64,000 bases of DNA from NCBI RefSeq assembly GCF_009914755.1, contig NC_060935.1. One strand, written 5' to 3'. Positions 52,901-64,000 of this stretch are shown one piece after another. The position numbers and the translations under genes were made by a program. The notes below the pieces were generated by a model. That model had not been told where the DNA came from. It did not search any database and saw only the letters and a program-made list of their open reading frames with translations. This stretch comes from the human T2T-CHM13v2.0 reference genome, Homo sapiens. Every line of letters starts with the position of its first letter. Position 1 is the first letter of the stretch.

Positions 52901-54759
52901 GGCAGATGTGAAAGACTTGAAATAGTACATTACAGAAAGAAAGAGACTACACTTTGGCCACTTAAACATCTAGAGTTTGAAAAGGTGGGCACTGAGATTC
53001 TCTGTGTAGTTGTCAACTCCATTCTTGTCATTGCTCACAAGGAAGATCCAAAGTAAATGTTTCTATTTTAAAAAGAGCTTTATGGAAACACTCATAAGGA
53101 AATAGTTGTGTGCTTAAGAACATCAGCCCTGGCCCTCCTAAAGAGGGAAAACCTTGGCAAAGTAAAGGATTGGTGTTTACATTTTCAAAAGCTGTTTTAT
53201 CCTTTAAATGGTACCTATGATATAGTCAAAGAAGGCTGGTTGTCAATTTTACTGCTTCTGTAATGATAAATGTCACCCATTTTCTCCTTTGCAGGAGAGT
53301 GGATTTAGATTTACCAAGTTTATCCCAAGAAGCTAATTTTGAATGAACAATATGAAATATGATCATGGAAAATTTAGGCGTCAGAAATTAAAAACCTAAA
53401 ACTGAAGAACATAAGGACTTGAGGGACAATTAGAAATTACCTACTCTGGAGTTCTCTATCTTTTTATCAGCCCAGACTCTTCATTTATTTTTTCACTTAA
53501 TAGAGAGCTTCACACAGGTCATGACCAGGGTGACCATGTTTGGTTACCAACATTGTTCACCATTTATATCCCAGCAAGTCCTATAAAGTTCAATAAATAA
53601 ATAGACTTATAAAGTATAAGTTAAATGATTAGTAGCCAGTTAGCACTATTCATCACCTTTATAAACCAATATGATCTAAATGCATTGATAAATTTTAAAC
53701 AAAAGCAGACACTCAATAGTTTGATTACTTTTATGGCTTATGTTTTCCATTAAGCTTTTAGAGATAATTAAAAACAATTTAATAATTCTTGTTATTATCG
53801 TATATTCCTAAATCCTTAATGATCCCGGGGACTTTGGGTTAGGAACAGTAGTTCTAATCTTATTCCAAATGAAAATGAGGCACAGAGATGGGAAGTGACT
53901 TCCAAGGACATATAAGTATCATCAACATCCTATAATTTAATCTTAAGCAGCTTTTGGGGCAAGGAAAAAAAAAACAATCTTAAGATTTGCTGCAGTGGTT
54001 TCTTGTGTCCCTGGTCTGTGAGGCTGATTACATGCTGTTCTGGCTTCTGACTTTTAGGTAGAAGGCCAATGGCTGCACCTTTAGCTCTGCTCTTGTATGT
54101 AGTTTTTTTCCCCCTAAAAGTGTTTAATTATACCAAAAAAAGCAGCTGTCTTTGATCACACAACTTGCTTGCTAATTTCTCCAGGTTGCTTTAACATTGC
54201 CATCTGGACACATTACTCTTTTCTTTAGATCACTTTTAAATAACCATGACAATAAAAATATTTTTAAAATAATAAAAAAATCAGAAAGACAAAAAAAAAA
54301 AAATCCACACAAAGCCCAGAAACAATGGAAAGAAGCAAGACAGGGTTGATTTTCCTGGAGGGAAAATATAGTCACCTGGTAATTTTGTCTTAGTTCTGGG
54401 AAAAGAGCCCTGGTTGTATCACAACCCCACCTGTGCCCTTCCTCTAATTTCTTTCCTACTCCTTTACTGTCTGCCTGCCCTCTCTTTCTTCCTGCTATCT
54501 GGGTAGGACCTGAGGCATGTCAGGTACCAGGTTTCTACTGAAGATTTCTTGTCAGTGCAAAGATAGAATACAATCAGATTGTTTAATTCTTCCCCTATGA
54601 ATTTGGTTCCAGAAATGTTATATATTAGTGACTAGAAAAAGATGAGTAATGACTGGGCATTAGGTCGATGTGCAGACTGCATGTGACCTGAGTAGATACA
54701 GGATGCGTTATTGAGATCAGCAATATTTTCAGAGAATCAGGGTTGTGTGCTTGTACACA

Positions 54760-55110
54760 GGATTAGAAATAGATTCAAAGACCCCTCTCTAGTCCTGTTG
54801 TGTATGATCAAATCTCTTTTACAACTTCCCTGTCAAATATTTATCCAGTGTACTTCTCAATACCTTTCATGACAATCACATATATTGGCCTGCTCTGACT
54901 TTTGGAAAGAGCTTTCTTATAATAAACAGAAATTGGTCTCCCTACGAACTGCCCAATTTGTTCTATTCCTACTCCTTCTTATCACATAGAATAAGTTAAA
55001 TTACTTTTTCCCTGACGGCTGTTTCTGATATTTCAGAGATGTGATCACAGCTCCTTTGAATTTTCTTATCTCCAGGAGAAATTCCCCTGGTTCATTAAAT
55101 TATTGTTCTT
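54760..55110 (-). mobile_element. L3/CR1 fragment
   Basis: CR1-like wording (gatatttcagagatgtgatcacagctcc...tctccagg). Confidence 0.5.
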
Positions 55111-55548
55111 AAGACTTAACCTCTACATACATTTCATGTGTTAAAGTTCCTGTTTCTCATTTCACCCACAACTATACACAGTTCTTTTTTGAGAATATTT
55201 TGAAAAATAATACAAGTAATATATATTTACGAGTGAAAAATTAGAAAACCACAGATGGCAAAAAATATATATTTTAAATGACATGAATAATTTATATGCA
55301 AAAAGGGATGCTTTTGATATTTTGGCATATAACTTTCCAAAATTATTCACATTCATACAGACACTGCTAAATTTTAGCAAGATACTTAAGTGAGGGTAAG
55401 CTTAAAAAGTAATTCCATGTATGTCTATTTCTAAGAATGGGCACCAAAAATCACCTTGGAGTAAATTTTCTTTTTCTAGGAAGTATCACTTAACTGAGTC
55501 CTTATAATTATGCCAATTTAAGGTTTGCTGTCACCCACTGCTCTAAAG

Positions 55549-55777
55549 AAAGGCCAGCAAATTTTTACCGTAAAGCCAGGAAGTAAAGGTTTAAGTCTTT
55601 GGGGGCCACACGAGGTCTTTGTTGCTGCTGCTCTTCCTCCTCCTCCTCCATTTTCTTCTTGTTGATTTACAAACTTATAAACTTTTAAAAAATGGTAATA
55701 CCATTCTTAGCTTACAGGCTGTAAAGAAGCAGGGCACTGACCAGAATTTACCAAAGACTAAAGTCTGCTCACCCCTA
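55549..55777. mobile_element. MER58B-like hAT MITE
   Basis: cagcaaatttttaccgtaaag...ccattcttagcttacaggctgta; degenerate 8-bp TSD ctctaaag / ttctagag. Confidence 0.65.
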
Positions 55778-56224
55778 TTCTAGAGGAAGGATTTAATAGT
55801 TTCTCAATTACTAACCTAGGCAGCCCCCACGAAACTCCTTGATATATAGAGTTCATCTCTGGGGATGTCTTAGGTAAATTTGCATAGCAATCAATGAGCC
55901 CCCTGGGAAGAAAGAAATAGAAACATCAAATACTAGCTTTTTGAGGTGTAATTTTATTAGACTCCCTTTAATGGGTTGAGACGTTCCCAGCTGAGGTGTG
56001 ACAACTGGAAAGCATGCCGAAGGCTGCAAAGTAGAACTAGCTAAGAGACTAACAGACATCTGGATTATTGGCGTCGACTCTTAAATGGCTGGAGAAGAGA
56101 ACTGACTTTTACATAGCTCATGACTAACTAAGCTGGTCTACTAAAAAGATTATGCCTTGGAATTAATGACTAAGGGTGTGAATATATTCTTGGAGAGTTG
56201 TAATCCTCAAAGGGGCTTTCTGTT

Positions 56225-56630
56225 TTAGTCATAGATTATGATGTAGTAACAATTACCTCAAACCTCTGTGGCTTAACAGGATAAAGGCTTATGTATCACT
56301 CCCAGCCTGATGGATAGCTTTCCTAGGGAGCTCCCCTGTGCAACTCTCCTCCAATTTATCACTCAGGGATTCAGGCTCCTTCCATCTTGTGATATCATCA
56401 TCTTTAATGTATAACCTCCACATCTGTCATGGAAAGGAAAGGAATAACACAGGCAATCAGTCAGGGTATTATAGTCAGGCCTGAAATTGGCATTCATTAC
56501 TTCCTCTCATTTGCATTGGTCAGAATCTGCTTATAGACTCTCAAACTAACTCCAAATGAAGCTAGGAAACATAGATGTAATATGTACCCAGGAAGAAAAA
56601 AAAATATTGTTTAATATCTGCTCGGTCCTG
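56225..56630 (-). mobile_element. Old MLT1 LTR
   Basis: ctctgtggcttaacaggataaaggcttat...cagggattcaggctccttccatcttgtg. Confidence 0.6.
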
Positions 56631-57481
56631 GTCATACTCCCTTCACTTACATGTGGGTATTGAGCGGGGTTGGGAGCAGCACGTTAGCTTCTGGAAAGAT
56701 CTGGAACAGCAAGAGTGTAACCACAGTAGTGACAAGCATGTACCATAACTTTAAACGTCAGTTTTTATTAGTGACTTAATTAGAAATGACGGAAGTGATA
56801 GCATACTAAAACTAGCCAAGATCTCATTCTAGCTCTTAGGTTTCTCTTTGCCTCATGTTTGGAAACCAGATGTAACTGGGCCCTTTGAGCCGAGTAAGCT
56901 CGCAGGGTTTTCAGAAACTAGAAAGTAGAAAGCAAAACAAATGAGACATCCAGCCAAGTTAGACAAATGAGGGCTTGAGTAATTTATTTAAATAGTATAT
57001 TTTATGAACTTACTTATGCTGTAAGCTGGTGAAGTGAGCCATATCAGTTAGAAGTGTGTATGTGGGGGGTGGGTGTGTGTAAGAGTGCAGGTGTGTTTAT
57101 AAACATACTGGAATTATCTATGCTAATCTCAAAGTATGAAGGCCAATTTTCCTAATGTGGTCTGATTAATACAATTAGTGTTTGCGTGTTGTGTGTGTGT
57201 ACCTATATGTATATACATATAATCTCTATATAAATGTTTTTTATATATAAATGTTATATATATATATAAAAACTCTTCTCATTTTGGTACCTAATGGTAT
57301 CTAAAATCTTGAATCTTCTTCTCACATGTACTCTATATATTTGCTATTTTATGATTGCACTACTGGCTTTTGGTGGATAATATTTGCTATCTTATAGTGC
57401 CAAGCATATATTCTCCCTCTTATTGGTAACAACAGTAACTTAAATTTTATTTGGAAAATTACACCTTGAAATGAATCAAGG

Positions 57482-57860
57482 TGTAGGGAAATTTAAATTT
57501 TCCCTCTGAAGGTTTGATAATTTTAATTTATAAAACAAATTGATAACAGACAGAGTAACAGGAAAAAAGGCATACATATTTTATTATGTGCACATGAGTG
57601 CACAGGAGTCACATAAAATATAAAAACTCAAAAAAAAGCAAAATGGGTGATGCTTTTATACCATCTTGAAGGTACAAAAGCAATAGGAACTTGGATCATG
57701 GCAAAACAGGTTATGGGAGGGAGAGAAGGCTTGGCTAACAAAGGTGGTCTTGCTATACAGATGAAACCTCACAGGTAGCAGCCCTCTGAGAGAATAGATG
57801 GTAACTGTGTCTTTCAGACCTTTAAAAGTGTCAGACTCTCTTGTTATCTAGATTATTAGA
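57482..57860 (-). mobile_element. MER39/MER34-like ERV1 LTR fragment
   Basis: Reverse-complement similarity to 63750-63900. Confidence 0.7.
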
Positions 57861-58429
57861 CTGGACTTGTTTACTTCCCTTTTGAGGCAGGTTCTCCAAG
57901 TTTCTCATACATTGTGGAAACAGTCATCTTTCCAATAAATTATTATTATTTTTTATTAAGAACAACCAGGGTTATATTCTGTAGCCTGTAATCCAAGAAA
58001 ACCTAAATGATACACACTTGAACCTCAATGTGTATAAAGAACATTTTTCTTTTTTATATGTATATATAATATATATTTATATGTTACCTATTGCACTATA
58101 CTATCTAGATATTTTTATATGACCTCTGTCAAATAACTTATTCCCTAACTGATTCTGTTTCTTTGTATGTACAGACATAGTGAATATGCATAATATTGTC
58201 ATCAAATCACTGATAAATATATTTCTATCTGTAAAGAATATCTTTTCCTTTCTTATAATTTTAAAGACTTTTTTGTGACCTTATGTGGACAAACAGTTCA
58301 TGTGTAATTTAAAAGAATAAATGTTTTTTACACACACTCTTCAATTGATGGTATTTGTTTTCTACCCTCCTTAATGGATCTCTAAAAATTTAAAATGCCT
58401 GTTTGGTCCAATTTTTACCAGATAAAGAG

Positions 58430-61400
58430 AGTTGAAGGCTCCTCTTAATAAAAGGCAAGGATGCTTGACTGAACTTCGGTTCAAGGCCCAATTTAGGAAG
58501 GTTAGAGTCCTTCCTAAGAGTTAGGAGGGTTCCAGGCCTCTCTCAGTAAAGTCCTTCACAGCTAAGGGACTGTTTAAGCTAAGATTAGTCTCTCTGGACT
58601 AATCTGCCTTGCAGTCTTTGCTGATGTCTGTGGATGGCAGGGTTAGGCATGTACAGGATCATAGGACACGGGGAGATTTTTCCTTCCCAAAGTGGGCCAC
58701 AAGAGCTGATGGGACTGTGGGAAAATCATCCATTCACTATCAACAAGCAGCCACCTGAACTTTTGAATCAGTATCACCGCAATGGGTGGGTCTTTCCCAG
58801 ACGTCCCTGAGCTCTTTGTTTCCCCACCCTGTTGCAGGCAATGTTTTTCTCCCTTTCTCTCCTTTCCCTTTCCTATATTTTCTGTTACCCAGGGCAACCA
58901 TCTTTCCCAGAGACCACATGTTGAAACTCCTTTATTTCACTTTGAGTGGACTGAAGACGACAGTGCCCAACCGGAGGCAAGTTTGAGCCCTGCCAGTTCT
59001 ATGTTGGGTGCTAAGCAGAGCGGCTAATTGTCAAGGTTTTCTCACATGTATTTTGCTCTGGCTGGAATGGAAAATGTTAATTTTGTACCCCCACGCAGCC
59101 AGGTGGGTGGCAACTTGCAAATTGAGAGACTTTTGACTGTGGTTATGAATTTTTCTTTTGGTGTTGTTCTGCAATAGAGAGGGGTACCTTAGCATAGAAT
59201 GTGGGCCTAGGACCCCATAACCCCGCTGTTCCAGCCAACCTGGCAAAGTGGTCAGTTACAAACTTTGCTGCAGGCCCCTGAAAAAAAAAAAAACCTGGAT
59301 GAAATTTCCCTCCCTTTATGTCCTTGGGAACTTAACCTTGTAACCACAGGGTGGTACTTTATCTTGATTTTCACCACCCAGCAGACAAGAATTTTGGAGT
59401 TCCCATCACAGTTATCTCTAACATTACCCTGAGTATTTAAAAGCATTTGCAAGGTCAAAATTGGCTGCTCTAGGAACCTTCTGGGAAGAGCAATGGAAAC
59501 TGCCCTGCGCCATCGTTTAGTGGCTAAGACTTTGTGGCCTGGGTTCAGAATTCAATTCCTGGCTTAGAGAATGAGTCTTTCCTGATTTGATATCTGCATG
59601 ACCTTTACTATTTGTTGATTCTTTCCCTCCACCAACTGTCTGGAATTTTCCTTTCTCTGAGCACCTGAGAGGTTACCTTTAGTAAAGTTCAAAAGCCAGA
59701 AATATTGACTTTAACATGGGTAAAGTCGGGTTAAAACTGGATATTCAAGCCCCAACAGTCTGGGACTCTTTGGGAAAAACAGAGGAGATACCACACACCC
59801 ATTTTGGAGAAAACCTCTATTTTCCTCATGAAACCCTAGGAAGTGAAACTGGATAGATCCATCTAAAAATCTAAGACTGTTCTGTTTTGCATTGCAATAT
59901 CTGATGGTTTTGACTTTGGGGGGTATTAGAAATTACTTTGCATTGTAAGAGAGTTTTGGTGTGCAATAATTAGGTAGAAAATACAGTTTTGGGAATAGCT
60001 ACTGGCAGTTATGGGGGGATACTCAGCTCTTTTCATGTTTGGATCAGAGAAGCATGCTCTTGGCCATCTGGAAAACTATGAAGATGTCGCAAACCCTAGC
60101 ACCCGCCACCGCACTGAGAGATAAGACTCCCATGGGGCATGGCATAATCACAGAATGGGCTGATTGGCTTTGGATTGCTTTGCAATAAAATGCACAGTAA
60201 AATCATTGCACTTTCTTATTCCATACTGTTTTTCTTTTTGGGATCTAAGATTTGGTGTAAAAATGGGACCCTTAGCTTTTGGGGATTTGTTTTGCCTTCC
60301 AGTAGTGCCTGCTAATTAAGTGGTAGAAATTGCATGCTTTAAAGAGAAACTTATAAAATGGCAAATGAAAAAACCTTACAACTACCGGATCTTCTGTCTG
60401 TCTGTGTATTTATATATGTTGTGTGTGTGATGTTTATATATGAAGTGCTCCAATTAATTGGCTTAAAAATAATAAGTGCTTAAATCAATGATGTGCTTTC
60501 CTGTAAGGAATCAAATTTGACTTATAGAGCCAATAAAACCTTTTTGGGAAAACTGGCCTCATACATTGTCTGCACAGTCCTTGTGCAGGGTTCCTAACCT
60601 GTGTAAGTAAAAAAAATGTCACTTTCAGACAGGCCCAGGAGCCCCAAGTTATCTTGCAACCTCAACAGGCGAGAAATTTACCCAACTCATAGATATTTGA
60701 GGGTAAAAACACATGGCTGGGCTCAGCTTCAAAAAAAAAATCATTATCTGAGATTCCTTCTCTGGAACAGAGTTCCCTCAAAGCCAATTTAAAAAACCTA
60801 TGTGAAAAATAATTATTCTTGCTGCACATTTTATAAATAATCAGGCCAACTATAATAAAGTAAATCATTCTTAGCATGATTTGTCTTCAGTAAAAATGGA
60901 AGACTGGAAAGAGAAAAAATACGTTTCAAGAACTGTGGTACACCTGTTATTAGATTCCAGTTTCATCAGTTGTTTTTTTTTTAGTCTTTTTCCTGCAATT
61001 TTGAGTAACCCTGCTTATTCTGGTGAACCAACCAGTGATCTCTGTTCAAAAGATACAAGAGGGTTGGGTAATGTAAAAATTGGGGTCATTATTCTAATTC
61101 TAGGCACGTACTGGAATTGGCTAGCAACCCCGTGTCAGCTTGGTTCCAACAACTGCCCAGTTCATGGAAAACCTTATTTAGTTTACTTGGGATAGTTTTA
61201 CTTATTTTGCTTTACTGTTATGGAATATATTGCTGTTATACTCTTCGTGTAGGAACGCAGTATAAGCTTAATGAATGTTTTCTTAAATTGAACACTTATT
61301 AACCTTTCAGATACCACCTTTTGTTAGAACTCAGAGTTACAAATGGCCATTACCAGACTGATGCTTTCTGACTGAGCTCCTCTCTACCCCAAATACAAGA

Positions 61401-61526
61401 GGCCCTAAAAGTTAGGCAGGAATATTATCACCCCTATTCAGCCTGAAGAAGTTACAGAAGATGGATCTTCATCTCTCTACAATCCTTAAGATTAAGGGTT
61501 CCCTTATAAAAGGGAGGGAGGAAATA
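58430..61526 (+). mobile_element. MER41/MER4-group ERV1 internal region (5' LTR missing)
   Basis: Non-coding internal sequence ending in an env-TM-like remnant and polypurine tract aaaagggagggaggaaa directly before the LTR. Confidence 0.8.
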
Positions 61527-62154
61527 TGTTAGAGGTGTTTGAAGCAGAGCAACTCCATCTTGAATGGGGCAGGGTAAAATAAGGCTGAGACCTACTGGGC
61601 TGCACACCCAGGAGGTTAGGCATTCTAAGTCACAGGACGGGACAGGAGGTCAGCAAAAGGTGCAGGTCACAAAGACCTTGCTGCTAAAAAGATGCGGTAA
61701 AGAAGCAGGCCAAAACCCACCAAAACCAAAACGGCAATGAAAGTGACTTGTGGTAAGCCTGACTGCTCATTACATACTTATTATAATGCACTAGCATGCT
61801 AAAAAGCACTCCCACCAGTGTCATGACAGTTTACAGATGCTATGGCAGCATCAGGATATTACCTTATATGCTCTGAAAGGGGGAGGAACACTCAGTTCCA
61901 GGAATTGCTCACCCTTTCCTGGAAAACTCATGAATAATCCACCCCTTGTTTAGCATATAATCAAGAAGTAGTGATCTATAAGCAGTTGAGCAGCCCATGC
62001 TGCTGCTCTGCCTATGGAGTAGCCATTCTTTATCCCCTTACTTTGTTAATAAACTTGCTTTTACTTTACTCTTTGGACTTAGTCCAAAATCTTTTTTATG
62101 TGAGTTCCAAGAACCCTCTTTTGGGTTCTGGATCAGGACTCCTTTCTGGTAACA
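61527..62154 (+). mobile_element. MER41B-like 3' LTR with tandem GAS motifs
   Basis: TG...CA ends, 628 bp, starts tgttagaggtgtttgaagcagagcaactccatcttgaat; TTCCAGGAA at 61896 and TTCCTGGAA at 61916. Confidence 0.88.
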
Positions 62155-62207
62155 CAATGTGGAAAAGAAAGTACATTTGACTCAAAGTGTCAATAATGAA
62201 ATTACAA

Positions 62208-62515
<308 letters not shown>

Positions 62516-62659
62516 TTATTTTTAGTTATTGTACTAGTTATCTATTTGTGCATTACAAACAAACTAAAAGCCTAGTGACTTAAATCAATAATAAATATTT
62601 GTTAATTATAATATATTCTGTGAGTCAGGAATTTAAAGAGTGGCTTGACTAAGTAGTCT

Positions 62660-63267
62660 TGTTCCTGGACCAAACTCAGGGTCAGGTTGCTATTCTTGTG
62701 GCTGAATAACAAGATGCAAATGAACTGGGAGAAAAGGGAGTTTTTATTTCTGTAACCAGTTACAGGAAAAAGGCCTGGAAATTATGGCCAGGCCAATTCA
62801 AAATTGCAAAGTTCTCCAGAGCTTATATACCTTCTAAGCTCTATGTCTACATGTAAGCATGCATTCACCTAAAGACATAAGTGATTAACTTCTTTTAATC
62901 CATAACTAAGGTCTGAGTCTTGAAGATCTTCCTCTGGAGCCTCAGCAAATTTACTTAATCTAAATGGGTCCAGGTGCTGAGGTGACTATCCTTATCCTGT
63001 GTCCTGCTAAATCACAGAGGTTTGGGGAGTTCCTTCAGCCCCCCAATAAAACTTGTTTAATCCTAAATGGGTCCTGTTAAGTATTCCTTCAATACTTTGT
63101 GATGATTTAAGGCCCAGGAAAGGCCTAGGCAAAACTCTTGGTGGGCTTTTGTACATTCCAGCCTTTGTATAAGGACACTGGCTCTTTCAGCTTTTAATAT
63201 TTAATTTAACCACTCAGTCAGTACTGAACAGTTGTTATGTAGGCCTGCATTAGTGAGACCTGGCCCT
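62660..63267 (-). mobile_element. ERV1-class solo LTR (family uncertain) inserted into an MLT1 LTR (62530-62659 plus 63268-63570)
   Basis: Minus-strand TATA and AATAAA, terminal ...ggaaca; MLT1 sequence resumes on the other side. Confidence 0.65.
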
Positions 63268-63570
63268 AAGGTATCTCATGAAGTTGCAGTCATCTATTGG
63301 CCAGGGCTGAAGTTACCTAAAGACTTGACTGAGGCTGGAGAATCTATTTTCAAGGTGACTCATTCAGGGGCTTGCAAGTTAGTGTTGGTATTGGTGGGAA
63401 GTTGTAGCTACCTTCCACAAAGGCCTCTCCACAGGACTACTTGAGCATCCTCATGGAATGGCAGTAGCTTCTCCCAGAGCAGATGCAAGAGAGCCAGAGG
63501 AAGTTGCAATGCCTTTATGACCTAGTCTTGTGACTCACACATTGCCTCCTCCATCATACGTCATTGGTTA

Positions 63571-64000
63571 TAAAGAAAATAAAAATGTCTTACGCCAAAA
63601 TATATTTCTTTGACATGTTTTAAGATGGCTGTCACAGAGTCAGCAAACAGAAGTAACTTGCAAAGCTGTTTTTGTTGGGGAGATTTGCATGTGAAGAGAA
63701 TCTGCATTGATGCATCCAGGCCTCCCCTTGTCCAGATCTAGAAAAAAATAACTGTGAATCTGATACCTTTATAGGTCTGAAAGGAACATTTGTCATCTAT
63801 TCTCTCTGAGGGTTGCTACCTGTGAGGTTTAATCTACATAACAAGATCACCTTTGCTAGCCAAGCCTCCTCTTCTCTACCTCTCATGATCTGTTTTGCCA
63901 CCAACAGCTGATTTACCACCATAACCTGATTTTGACCATGCTTTAAGCCCCCATTCTTTCTGTAACCTCAAGTTGGTATATAATCTTCTGCACCCCATTA
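63571..64000 (+). mobile_element. MER39/MER34-like LTR, runs off the window
   Basis: ccaaaatatatttctttgacatgttttaagatggctg start; shares a core with 57482-57860. Confidence 0.7.

Overview
AT-rich, CpG-poor primate genomic DNA, most likely human. The left ~18 kb holds the 5' end of SLC5A12 (SMCT2, sodium-coupled monocarboxylate/lactate transporter 2) on the minus strand. Coding exons 1-4 (16317-15979, 7310-7245, 5962-5911, 3983-3916) splice in frame with canonical GT-AG ends, and the gene continues off the left edge. The remaining ~46 kb is upstream intergenic DNA made mostly of transposon relics: Alu, MIR, L1, L2, L3, MaLR, a full THE1 element, an ERV-L remnant, a MER41 provirus remnant and hAT MITEs. 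Almost all other ORFs in the track are chance or repeat-derived. The most unusual structure is a ~300-bp, ~90%-identical, non-Alu inverted duplication bracketing exons 2-3. One arm covers the exon 2 branch point, and the other was later split by an L1 carrying a foreign poly(A)-signal tail. Skipping the bracketed exons puts a TGA immediately after exon 1, so the fold-back could act as an RNA-structure splicing/NMD or circRNA switch. Other leads are a perfect cryptic donor abutting (UG)25, a TATA+HNF1 upstream promoter candidate, a strong CTCF motif and a MER41B-type LTR with two intact GAS sites. Repeat subfamily names were assigned by eye and need RepeatMasker/Dfam confirmation.
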